From NCBI GenBank assembly GCA_002269645.1, contig NIVC01002497.1, positions 104,282 to 168,281 of the forward strand: DNA of 64,000 bases, in the 5' to 3' direction. How positions within the stretch are numbered: the stretch's first letter is position 1; each line of letters starts with the position of its first letter. A program made the translations under genes and the position numbers. The notes beneath the pieces were generated by a model. The model made no database searches, had not been told where the DNA came from, and saw nothing but the letters and a program-made list of their open reading frames with translations. This document shows positions 26,430 to 37,789 of this stretch, piece after piece. Source of the stretch: Macrostomum lignano. Lineage: Eukaryota.

Positions 26430-28975
26430 AAAACGGACACTCCGTCCCTCGTGCTTTTGGTTACTTGGATTGTTATCTTTCTCTGCAGCGCGTACCTGGA
26501 CCACGGGAAGTTCGGCAGCGAGGCCCGCCACCTTCCCACGCTGCTGCTCAGGGCCGGTGATATCGAGCTTAACCCGGGACCCACTCTCTGCGGGCAACGT
26601 GAGTGCGGACGCCCGCTCAGAGGGAAGTCCCTCCACTGCCGCATCTGTGATAAGTACTACCACCTCCAACGCGACTGCTCCGGGCTGAGCAGATGGGCGG
26701 CTAACAAAGCCATCGGCTCCACCGAATGGCGCTGCTTTAGCTGCACGAACCGAGGCAGCAACGCCGTTAATCCCCCTAATTCCTCCGACTCGGACAGCCA
26801 GCCAGAGGTGGCCCCTACAGAAGTCGCTGATGAAGTCAGCCGGCGACAAGAACTGCTCCAACGCATCCAACGAGACAAGCCGAACTGTACCCACTGCCGC
26901 AAACCCATCCGAATCAGCACCGTTATTGCCTGCTGTAACACCTGCCAAGGTTTCTTCCATAATGCTTGCACCCAGGCCACCCGGGATCAGATTAAACGCG
27001 AAGTCAGCAGGGGAATGTGGCGCTGCCCTCCTTGCTCGAAAGCAGCCAGCCTTAGTCCACCCTCCCCCTCGGGCTCGGACCCGACCATCCCGAGGCGCGG
27101 CCGCTCGGCTCCCGGATGGGACAGCTCGAAACCGACCTTAACCATTCTGCAATGGAATGCCGACGGGATCGGCAACAAGCTAGGGGAGCTGGAGGAACTA
27201 GCTCAGAGACTTCAGGTCGATATCATCACCGTCCAGGAGTCCAAGCTCACGTCGCTCAATCGAACCCCTAAGCTGTCAGGCTATACCACTGTTCGCAAGG
27301 ATCGCAAAGTAGCTAGGCTCGACCCCAGCATCAAAGGAGGAGGACTGTTGCTCTTCGTCCGCCAAGGCATTCCGTATCGTAAAATCCAGGGCTGGAACGG
27401 CGGCACCACTGAAGGGAGCCGTATCGTCGTGAACACGTCCGCCCGCGACAGACTTATCATCACCAATATTTATCGCCCCCGATCCGGCGTATCGAAGGCG
27501 AGGACCACCGCTGTCGACCTGGCTACCACCGCGAGATCATCACGGGTGACTTTAACCTGCACCACCCATCCTGGGGGAGCGACGCCGACCAGGGCCGGGA
27601 CAGCCTGCCTCAATCCCGTTGCCTTATCAACTGGTGTTCCTCTACAACTACCGGATACTTAACTCCGGAACTCACACCTGCATCGACCGTCACTCAGGGC
27701 GCTCCAGCGCTCCCGACCTCTCCATTGCCAGCCAGGAGATCGCCCCCCGCTGCACCTGGTCCACTCTTAACGAACTTGGATCGGATCACAAACCTATCCT
27801 GATCTCTATCAGCACTGCGCGGACACTCTTCGAGCGACACCCAGATTCCACTGGGCTTGGAAAAAAGCCGACTGGTCTCAGTTCAGGTCCATTCTTGAGG
27901 AAGACTGTGTACACCTCAACCGAGGTTCCATCAAAAAACAGGTCAGCCGGCTTACCAAAGGTATGCTCAAAGCGGCAGAGCTGGCCATCCGCGAAAAAGG
28001 TCTCCATCAAAAATAAACCGTACTGGGATGACGAGCTGAGCAAACTGCGTAATCATCGCAACGCTCTCCGTGAAGCCGCCGCCCCGCCCGAGGAATGGCG
28101 CGCTAAAAGCCAGGAGCTTATCAAGCGCTGCGGCGAAAAGAAACATGAATTCTGGAAGGACTGGATCCTGGCCGAATCCGAGGACCCCAAAAAGGTCTGG
28201 AACACCATCAAATGCCTTAGCAACGGCAAACAAGCGGCCCACCCTAACGAGAGCCTGGTCGTAGACGGAAAGGAACTCTGTACCGACAAGGACAAAGCCA
28301 ACGCCTTCGGCAGATATTATGAAGACATTAGCACTCTGAAGCACGACGCCACCCACCGCAAATTCAAGGTGCAAACGGCTACTGCCTAGCCTCCTATGAG
28401 GCGGACGACGACAACTATCGCCGTGACTTCACCGAGGGTGAACTGCTCAGAGCTATCCACAGACTTGATCCCAGCAAGAAATGCGGCCCCGATGGCATTG
28501 AAGCAGCGTTCTTTCTGCACCTGCCCGACCGCTGGAGAGCCGCGTGGCTCAAGGTCTTCAACCGCTGCTGGCGCACTGGACACTGCCCTGGCCCCTGGAA
28601 GCAAGCTATCATCATTCCTCTGCTCAAGGAGGGCAAGGACCCAAGGACCGAAGCAGTTACAGACCAGTTAGCCTCACTTCCATCTGCTGCAAAATACTCG
28701 AAAGACTCATTCTGGACGCGCTTTACTACTGGCTGGAGCGACATAGAAAGATTCAATTATGGCAAGCAGGCTTCCAACGAGGTCGGGGCTGCGAAGAACA
28801 GGTCGCCCGCCTGGTCCAGGCCATTCAAGACGGTTAGGAGCGTAACCCGCATCTCAAAACCCTTGCCGTGCTCATAGACTGCTCCAGAGCGTTTGACAGA
28901 GTCTGGAGGGCCCGACTCCTCGCCCGGATGATGGACGAGGGCCTTCCCGCCTGTATGGTCAAATGTTTGACAGTT

Positions 28976-29387
28976 NNNNNNNNNNNNNNNNNNNNNNNNN
29001 NNNNNNNNNNNNNNNNNNNNNNNNNNNNNNNNNNNNNNNNNNNNNNNNNNNNNNNNNNNNNNNNNNNNNNNNNNNNNNNNNNNNNNNNNNNNNNNNNNNN
29101 NNNNNNNNNNNNNNNNNNNNNNNNNNNNNNNNNNNNNNNNNNNNNNNNNNNNNNNNNNNNNNNNNNNNNNNNNNNNNNNNNNNNNNNNNNNNNNNNNNNN
29201 NNNNNNNNNNNNNNNNNNNNNNNNNNNNNNNNNNNNNNNNNNNNNNNNNNNNNNNNNNNNNNNNNNNNNNNNNNNNNNNNNNNNNNNNNNNNNNNNNNNN
29301 NNNNNNNNNNNNNNNNNNNNNNNNNNNNNNNNNNNNNNNNNNNNNNNNNNNNNNNNNNNNNNNNNNNNNNNNNNNNNNNNNNNNNNN
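28976..29387. other. Assembly gap (412 N) flanked by a duplicated ~365-bp overlap
   Basis: 28611-28975 is repeated at 29388-29754, differing by a few single-base indels and substitutions. Confidence 0.92.
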
Positions 29388-31639
29388 ATCATTCCTCTGC
29401 TCAAGGAGGGCAAGGACCCCAAGGACCGAAGCAGTTACAGACCAGTTAGCCTCACTTCCATCTGCTGCAAAATACTCGAAAGACTCATTCTGGACCGCCT
29501 TTACTACTGGCTGGAGCGACATAGAAAGATTCAATTATGGCAAGCAGGCTTCCAACGAGGTCGGGGCTGCGAAGAACAGGTCGCCCGCCTGGTCCAGGCC
29601 ATTCAAGACGGTTAGGAGCGTAACCCGCATCTCAAAACCCTTGCCGTGCTCATAGACTGCTCCAGAGCGTTTGACAGAGTCTGGAGGGCCCGACTCCTCG
29701 CCCGGATGATGGACGAGGGCCTTCCCGCCTGTATGGTCAAATGGTTTGACAGTTTCCTTGAGGGCCGCCAAATTGCCGTTAGAATCGGCGCGACCACTGG
29801 AAAATGGCGCCGGCTCCGTGAGGGAGTCCCGCAAGGGGCTGTCAGCTCGCCGGCCCTCTTCCTTCTCTACGTTAACGCCTGGTCCGACTACATGACGGCG
29901 AATGTCGAATATAGCGGCTACGCTGACGACATCGCACTCTGGACGACGGGCCACGACATCCGAGAGCTCCTCGCTCGCACTCAAGATGCGCTCCAGAAGA
30001 TCGAACAGTGGGCAGATCACCTGCGCATTGACCTAAATCCATCCAAGACCGAGTGCTGCCTCTACAGCAGGGACCGCGCCGACTGCGACCGCGCTCTTCA
30101 CCTCTCGCTGAACGGCCACTCGATCCCCTCCAAGAAAGAACTGAAGTTCCTCGGGGTGTGGATAGACCATGGCCTCCTTTTCGATAAGCACTCCAACTCG
30201 GCCAAAGAGAAGATGACACGGAGAACCGCCATCATCCGCGCGCTCGCCCATCGCGAATGGGGCTGGGACCGCGCCCTGCTCCTCCGGGTTTATCGAGCAC
30301 TCGTCGAATCGGTGGTCTGGCACGCTGCTGCTGCCTGGACTCCATGGCTGTCCAGTACCCGCCTCGACGACCTGGACCGCGCTCAAAGAGAATCCCTCAG
30401 AGCCATCACGGGATTGCCACGCTCGACACCGGTGGAAGCCATCTATATGGAAACCAACGTCAGCCCGATCAGCCTCGAAGCCGGCCGTAGGGCCCTGATG
30501 GCCTACGAGAAAGCCAACCGCCGCCCGGCCGACGATCCGTTCCGGCAGATCTGTGACAGGCAACTCAACACCCGGCTAGCGGCCAACAAAGGGCTACGAG
30601 AGCAAGCCAGAGCCATCTGCAACGCTATGATCCCTCTCCCGCGTCTGCCTATACCTACGACCCGCAACCCCCATGGGACTCGCTGGTTGATTGCGGGGTG
30701 CAGATGTTCACCAAACTCCCCGAGCATGAAGGATCTGCGACCGAGGCAGTGCTCTCCGCGATTGAGCAGCGTTGTCCCGACGCAGCCCTCTACTTCACTG
30801 ACGGTTCAGTCTCAGGAGGCACCACCAACGCGGGATCGGCCTGGATCCTCCTCCGCAAAGAAGACGGCACTATCATCCGCAGAGGGCACGCGGCAGCAGG
30901 CCGATGGTGCAATTCCTACGAGGCCGAGCTTAATGCTATCACTCTCGCGCTCCAGGACATCATTGATTCCGCTCCCGCCTGCGCCGCCATCCTCACGGAC
31001 AGTCAAAGTGCCATTACCGCCATCCAAGCCGACCGGCCCACACTGAACGCGAGGCTCGAACTAGCGAAGGCCCTCCTCGTGACCGTGGCCCATAGGACCA
31101 AACTTACGCTGCTCTGGGTTCCCGGACATTCGGGGGTGCACGGCAATGAACTCGTCGACACAGAAGCTAAAGTCGCAGCGACTCTCTGTCAAGATCAGGT
31201 GCTCATCTCGCTCCCCGCCTCCAAGGAGCGGATCTACCATCACATTAGGTACCAGCCCGACCTGCCAGGACACCTGGAGGTATACCGCACCCGGTGTCCC
31301 CAGGAACGGGCACTCGTCGGCAGCAGACGCTTATATCCCAAGTCAGATCCGGCCATTGTCCAGAATCATCCTACTATCGTCACCGAACAGGCATCGCCGA
31401 AGGAGGGCCATGCCGGCTTTGCAATCAACCGACTGAGCAGTTCCATATTCTCCATTGTCCTAAGCTCGAACTTACTCGACGCACCATCGGCGTCACTAGC
31501 ATTGGTGGCCTTGCACGAGGAGATGTAGTGGCGCAGCTCCTGGGGGCCATCGACTGGCGGCCCCTCTGAGCTCATCTCCGCAAACAACAACAACAACAAC
31601 AACAAAGTACGCAGCCCCCAATGCAAGGTCACAGTTAGA

Positions 31640-32925
31640 GCAGGGTGCGTCAGATGGCGCGCCGCAGAGCCTGAGAGCGGACGAAGTCCGCCCGTTTGGC
31701 AGTGTCACACAGCAGACAGTCCACGTATCGACGGGTTTGGGCCTGACCCCGTCTGAACAGGCCCTGCAAGATGAGCAGCAGGACGTTCTGAACAGGTTGG
31801 GGGCAGTAGCCCTCGGGCCGGATCACGTGGCCCGCCAGTTGAAGTCGCCACCGGCGCAGGATGATGGACGGGCGCTGCAGTTTGGCCGATCGTACATCGT
31901 CAGCTCGAAAGGCCGCACGGAGCAGCCCTGTGTGCGCCGAGTCCAGCTGCCGCTCTAGCGTAGCCGTCAGCGTCCACGTCTCAGCGTTGTAGAGCAGTCG
32001 GGCAGCGCTTCGGACTGGACGACGGCCCGATCAAGCGAAGGGCCGCCCAGGCAAGTCCTCTGCACCGCCGGAGGTCTTGCTCCACGTGGGGCACCAGACC
32101 GCCGAGGTAGGTGAACCGTTGGCAGCGTGCGAGCCTGGTCATCTGCCCGTCTGCGCCGCGGCGCGTCAGGTCCGCTGGGATGTCGGCCGGCACAGTCAGC
32201 ATCTCGGTCTTTAGCGTGTTGACAACCAGACCGACTCTCGATGCAACCTCAACCAGCCTGTCGATCTGGCGCTGGGCGTCTTCAACGGACGAGTACAGGA
32301 CGGCGAGATCGTCGGCGTAGCCAAGCACGCTTAGGCGCTTTTCGCCGTGGCGGTGACCGATGCGTCTGCGCAGCAGGAAGCCGTCGTCAGCCGAGGGGAG
32401 TGCGGTCCAAAGCACCCTGTTCAGGAGCAGCACGAAGAGAAGCGGCGCCAGCGTGTCGCCCTGTAGAACTCCTGACGAAGTATCGAACAGGTCAGACAGG
32501 CCGTCCGCCGTCACCACAACAGCTCGAGTGTCGCGATACAGCGCCATTACAGCGTCGGTTAGCTGCTGGGGTACCCGGTAGGCTCAAAGGACAAAGGGGA
32601 GCGCGGCTCTTAACACCGAGTCAAACGCCTTTCGAAAGTCAACGAAGACAATGATCAGCGTAGACTGGCGGATGCGCGCCTCCTCGATGACACGGCGGAG
32701 TGCGAGGATCTGTGTCACTGTGCCGCGTTGCGGCCGGAATCCGTTCTGCTCGTACCGCAGACGATCGAGCAGCAGCCGGTTGAAGAGCTTCGCGGTGCAG
32801 GACATCAGCGAGATCCCGCTGTGGTCTTCTTTCCGCGTTGCCCCTGCCTTCTTCGGGATCAGCACGATGTGCGCGACGGTCCACTCGGAGGGCGCAGGAG
32901 CGCCGACGAGCACGCGGTTCATGAC
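31640..32925 (-). mobile_element. Truncated, decayed RTE-clade LINE (RT domain), tail-to-tail with the Ingi-like element
   Basis: IVLIPKK, GISLMSCTAKLFNRLLLDRL, QNGFRPQRGT, FVDFRKAFDSV, GVLQGDTLAPLLF, GYADDLA; in-frame stop near 32584. Confidence 0.85.
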
Positions 32926-33043
32926 ACCTGCTGCCGCTCATCTAGAAGACGCCGGTTTCTGCGGAGTCGCTCGATGTTGAGCCGCGCCTGCCTGATGACT
33001 CTACTAGATAGGCAGCGATTTCTGCGCTGGCTGCATCAGCGGG

Positions 33044-33084
33044 ACCCGGATTTCATCCACTTCCCAACTGGATGAAATCCGGGT
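33044..33084. repeat. Perfect 16-bp inverted repeat with a 9-nt loop
   Basis: ACCCGGATTTCATCCA-CTTCCCAAC-TGGATGAAATCCGGGT. Confidence 0.9.
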
Positions 33085-34669
33085 TCTCAATCAAACAATG
33101 GGTGTCATAGACCGCACCAAAGTTGGCTATTCTCCCCAACTCTGTGCTTCCATTCGACAACACTAAACTCTTTGAACATGTACGCCCAGAAGTTACTGAT
33201 CAGTGCCACATCTGTATTGTGCTTATCATTATCGGCATGAGCAGCATCGGCTCTTAAATTGGAAAAGTCATATAGAAGCCACTTCTTACACTGTGGAAAC
33301 TGACCAATGACGAGCAACCGTTGTACTCGAATGTGAAATTCTGCGTTTGACCTGGACTAAAATTAGTTTCATTCTGGTTCTCATGACTAGGAACTCTAAC
33401 TTGTGTCGCTTTGATGGTGCTGTCGTCGCTCAAAATTGGTTTGTTAATCATGCAGAAAAATGGTGTCAAAGGATCGTTCATTTTTAAACAGTTAAATATA
33501 TATACATATAAATATATATATATAAATACTATTACTATACTATAATACTATTACTATATATAAATACTATATATATATAAACTATTTTATATATATATAT
33601 ATTTAAAGAAAACTATAAATCATATTTCTGAACTGGATAAGCTAGCACAGGCGGAGAAACGGGTCGACAACTTTAATCAACAAAGAAAAAAAATTGTACA
33701 ATGAGTTCATTTAAGAGCCCACCGAGTTTCACAAACCCGGATACACAGAAGCGAAGAGAATCATTGACACCGTGAAGGAAACTATTGATGATATTCAAGA
33801 GAGCCAGTTGGAAAAAGTTTTGTCTAAAATTCCAACTTCACAGCACGACAGCCATCCCAGCGACTAAAAGGGGTGGCGGTTAGGGTTGTTGATGTATCGA
33901 AAAATTTGTCTTTGGAGTTAGTGGATGGCGATAACAGTACTAAACAACCAGCGGACTATCTCCTAGTAGTCACGGGGGCAAAGTATATCAGTCATTAAAG
34001 GTCGAAATTCTACACGAATCCGATTTACTCAAACTTTACTCGACTACATGACTAGAAATCAGGAAAAATATCTGACGTTAAAGAAATACAGAGATCTGGA
34101 ATATAAAAGTGAAAGTCAACATAAATTAACTTCTTTCGACGCGTTTCGGTCCAACAAGGGCCATCTTCAGGGTCTGATGTATTTTTATACTCACTCACAA
34201 CAACTTTTACTGTACAGTCCAAAGGGCGTATCAGGGGCAGAGTTTTTTCAAAAGTAAGTGAGCAAAGATTATGAGTACACTGATCAGGTTAGTGCCTTCA
34301 CTTAGAACACCTTTGAGCAAATGGCCCGCACCACTATGGGAAAGCTGAATATTAAGATTTGGTTTTTAGTTTTTAATGTACATGGATTCGAGTATATTGA
34401 GCCTAAAGTCAGTCCTACACCGATCAATAATTTTGAACTGCTGAGTTTCCTCAATTTCGCAACAGCTGTTGCAACAGAGCAGGTGGTCTTGGATAGCCGA
34501 CCTTTTCAACTAATGCTCTCTGACTCTGGTGTACAAGTGCCTTTTAGTTTTACCTATATAGGAAATGTTCTGGTCAACAGAATAAGAGAATTTGTACACA
34601 ACACCTGCCACCAGAGCAAGAGGAACGTGAGAACCTAAATTTGTGTGATTCAAAACTCCGGAATCAACG

Positions 34670-35345
34670 GTGTTTGACAATGTCAGTGAAGTTCACGAAG
34701 CTCTCATCCGAAGACAACTCAAGCTCAATGCCCAGAAAGCAAGAAAACTGCAAATGCAAACTCGAGGCTTCAAGCTAAGACTCAAAGACAAGTTGAGCTT
34801 GCTGACCTACGCCGTGCTCTCTCAACTCGTCTCACGAGCTGTGAATGTCCAAGCCAAACAAGACCATACGAGACTGGAGGCAAAATTGGGTAGACTATGG
34901 CTCGAAAGCAGACTAAGAGTCATGCCCCGAACCCAGTCACCAATCTATCGAAGCACAAACTCTCTCCGGAAGAACACCAATGTCTACAACGAGGACTAGG
35001 CATCGGGTCTTACCATCCAAGCTCAACAAATTACATATAGCTGCTGAAATCGAGAGCACCGTGGGTAAGTACCTCTCGCTTGGTAATGCTGGAGACAATG
35101 GGCCGCACCAACTTGATGAAAGATTTAGAAACAGAATTATTGCTGATTTTGAACAATTTGTGACTTTTGCAAGCAATTTTATTGCTAGCAAGAAAAATAG
35201 GCTTACTCATAAGACCATGAAAGGCCTTAGGGAGAACAAAGAGATAAAAATCATTAGCTATGACAAAGGATATGGCGTTGCCATCATGGACACCAATGAT
35301 TTCAACATGAAAATGATTTTGTTCAATACCAATCCAAATTCCACT
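34670..35345 (+). mobile_element. Decayed Penelope-like RT N-terminal remnant
   Basis: LRENKEIKIISYDKGYGVAIMDTNDFNMKM matches the DKG motif preceding PLE RT; upstream frames are broken. Confidence 0.6.
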
Positions 35346-35849
35346 GTCTGGGAGCTATTACTGAAGTTTCCACAGCGCATCCTGTTCTGAAAGCGGAGAG
35401 ATCCTTGCAGAGTTTCCTGTGCAACCATGTGAAACAACACACAGAAGACGAAATTTTCAAACGCATCATGCCAAATGGTAGCCAGCCTGGTCAACTCTTG
35501 TGGCGTTTGCAACGGGTCAACGTTTGAACCCAGAATCTTTGGAATTTTTACACGACAACGGAGTTTTCTTGATCATGTATAAAAATATAAACACTAAACA
35601 ATTGGTCTAATTTGCCAGATTAAGAAGAAGCCAAAAAGCAACTGAAACAAGCAAAGAAAAGCGATACAAAACTGTCAGAAGTAAACTTTATAATAGATTT
35701 TAGATTGATGAACTGCATAATTTGTATAAATTTTGTTTTCGAACTTTCATACATGCGAATAACCGCCAAAAAGTTGGACTAAAAAACGGTTTTATTAAAC
35801 CGCTACTGCGAATATTTCAGTATCAAATTTTTCACGCACTGACTTAATG

Positions 35850-36072
35850 TTGGCTGGCAAACGTCGGCTGGCAAACGTAGGCTGGCAAACGTCGGCTGGC
35901 AAACGTAGGCTGGCAAACGTAGGCTGGCAAGCGTCGGCTGGCAAACGTCGGCTGCAAACGTAGGCTGGCAAACGTCCCACAGGCAAACGTCGGCTGGCAA
36001 ACGTCGGCTGGCAAACGTCCCGCAGGCAAACGTCGGCTGGCAAACGTCCCGCTGGCAAACGTCGGCTGGCAA
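35850..36072. repeat. 14-bp minisatellite (GGCTGGCAAACGTM)n
   Basis: Tandem units read directly. Confidence 0.93.
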
Positions 36073-37789
36073 AAGTCGCTATCCCAAGTTTTGTCAGCCA
36101 CGCCCTGGCTGTACGACATTAAGCCCTCTAAACTCTGCCACCCCAAGTCGAGCAGTCTGTTAGCTTTGCAGTCTATTGATCTTATATCAAAATCAGAAAG
36201 AAAAACACCCCGACTCATTTTCACTAATCGGCTGGGCTCTCTGCTCTTCCGCGCTCTGTCCCGCTCCGTCGTCTCCATCCTTTCTTGCTGCTTACTCCAG
36301 TCGCTCAACACACCAGTGAATTTCTTCACTCCGACTTCACTTTAAAGTCGAGTTGCTGCTCAAGGGGATCCCCAAGCATGTATAGTTTAGAATGAGTTAA
36401 ATGAATTCTCAAAACTGCAGTCCGAGAACCACATTATTTATACAAACAAAAAATAAGATATAAGCCTGTCAGGTGCAGATACACTCGTAATACGAGCTAT
36501 TTGACCACTGGAGATTGTAAAGAATAGGTTTTTTAATTTAAAAAAATTCTTCAAAGATGACAACAAACTTTTACTCAAGATTTAGACAATAAACTAGAAA
36601 TCCAAACTTCCGGGGGACTGCATTAGAAATACACTACCCAAGTAACCAACCCCACCAACCCACACACACCAAAAAAGTAATGCGGTATTATGAACTTTGA
36701 CACCGTTGAAAAACCGGGTCCTTATTGAGTTTGCTGGGTGATCGATCCGGATGGCAAGCATAAATACTACTATTCTGATAGCTAAGAAACGGCTGACCAA
36801 ACGATGATGAAAACCCGAAAGAGCTACAAATTATTCTAGTTTTCAGGGTTCATAGGTTTCTCTGCGGGAGTTCCACTTGGGACCAGGACTTTGGATGTTA
36901 CCGATTGTATTCCTTCTTGCACTGGCATTTAGATTTGTATTGTGCAATGGGTGAGGTTGGATGTAGTAGCAGCCTGGTGAGACAACTGCAGGGAAAATAA
37001 TTTTAGTCCAAATTGTAAGCTTTTTTTCTTCCTGGCTCAAGCGGTAGTTTTAGTAGCGTATTACGCTGTTACTTTCGAGAGCTTACAAACTAGGTGTTGA
37101 ACAAATGACTCGAGGAAGTCGCAGACACGTCTCTACCCTAGCGCCTAGAATAAAACTCGTGGGCTGAGACCGTCCCCTGCCGTTGTCGGGGTGGATGGCA
37201 CGTTTTCCGGTTATAAGCACTAGACTAGCAGGTTACTACATGACTGGGTTAGTTGCTCAGGCTAGATTGTTTTGCCAGAGTTGCGTTAGAGGGGTGCGAC
37301 CTCGAATCTTTTTGCTAGTCTTGAACTCGTCATTCGTCAAGTCACTCGTGCACCTCTCGCTCGCCACGCCCAGAGTTGGGCGTGCCCAATGCCCCTCCCC
37401 GCCGTCGGTCTCCGGCTCAGACACCTGCCCGCGCTCATCTCGCTACGAGTTGTGCTTGATCTGAAATGGTCTGCTGGTTGCTGCGGTTTTCATATAACTA
37501 GATAAGCCACCCAGCTCATTTACGTGTTAACTACTTTTAGTTCAGTAGTAAGTTAAACAGAAGCATTTTAATGTATTTTTAAAGCCAAGGCTTTTTTATT
37601 GGCTCTTAGCCCCAGCTTAAACCTTCCAACCGCTCCTTTCCACAAGCCCGACCCCAATCACGCCTGCAAGCTTGACTTCTAAACTAATCAGTCATTTCAG
37701 CCGCCTTTATTTTTATAAAATAGCTTATGTATTCTTCTTTGCTACTGAACTGAAAGTAGAAAGCTGTTTTACTAAGTACGACACTACTT

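Larger units (their letters stand above)
26321..31606 (+). mobile_element. Near full-length Ingi-like single-ORF LINE: 2A motif, two PHD fingers, APE, RT, RNase H, Cys/His knuckle, (AAC)n tail
   Basis: GDIELNPGP; two C4HC3 fingers; LTILQWNADGI...VQESKL; YRPVSLTS, QAGFQRGR, GVPQGAVSSP, YADDIAL; YFTDGS, TDSQSA, WVPGHSGVHGNEL; CRLC...HILHC; tail at 31582-31606. The ORF is broken by several single-base shifts and an N-gap. Confidence 0.88.

Noticed and set aside
36075-37480. Minus-strand ORF at 35844-36329 and a GC-richer block at about 37100-37480
   Set aside because: No recognisable motif, RNA-gene boxes or termini; left unannotated.
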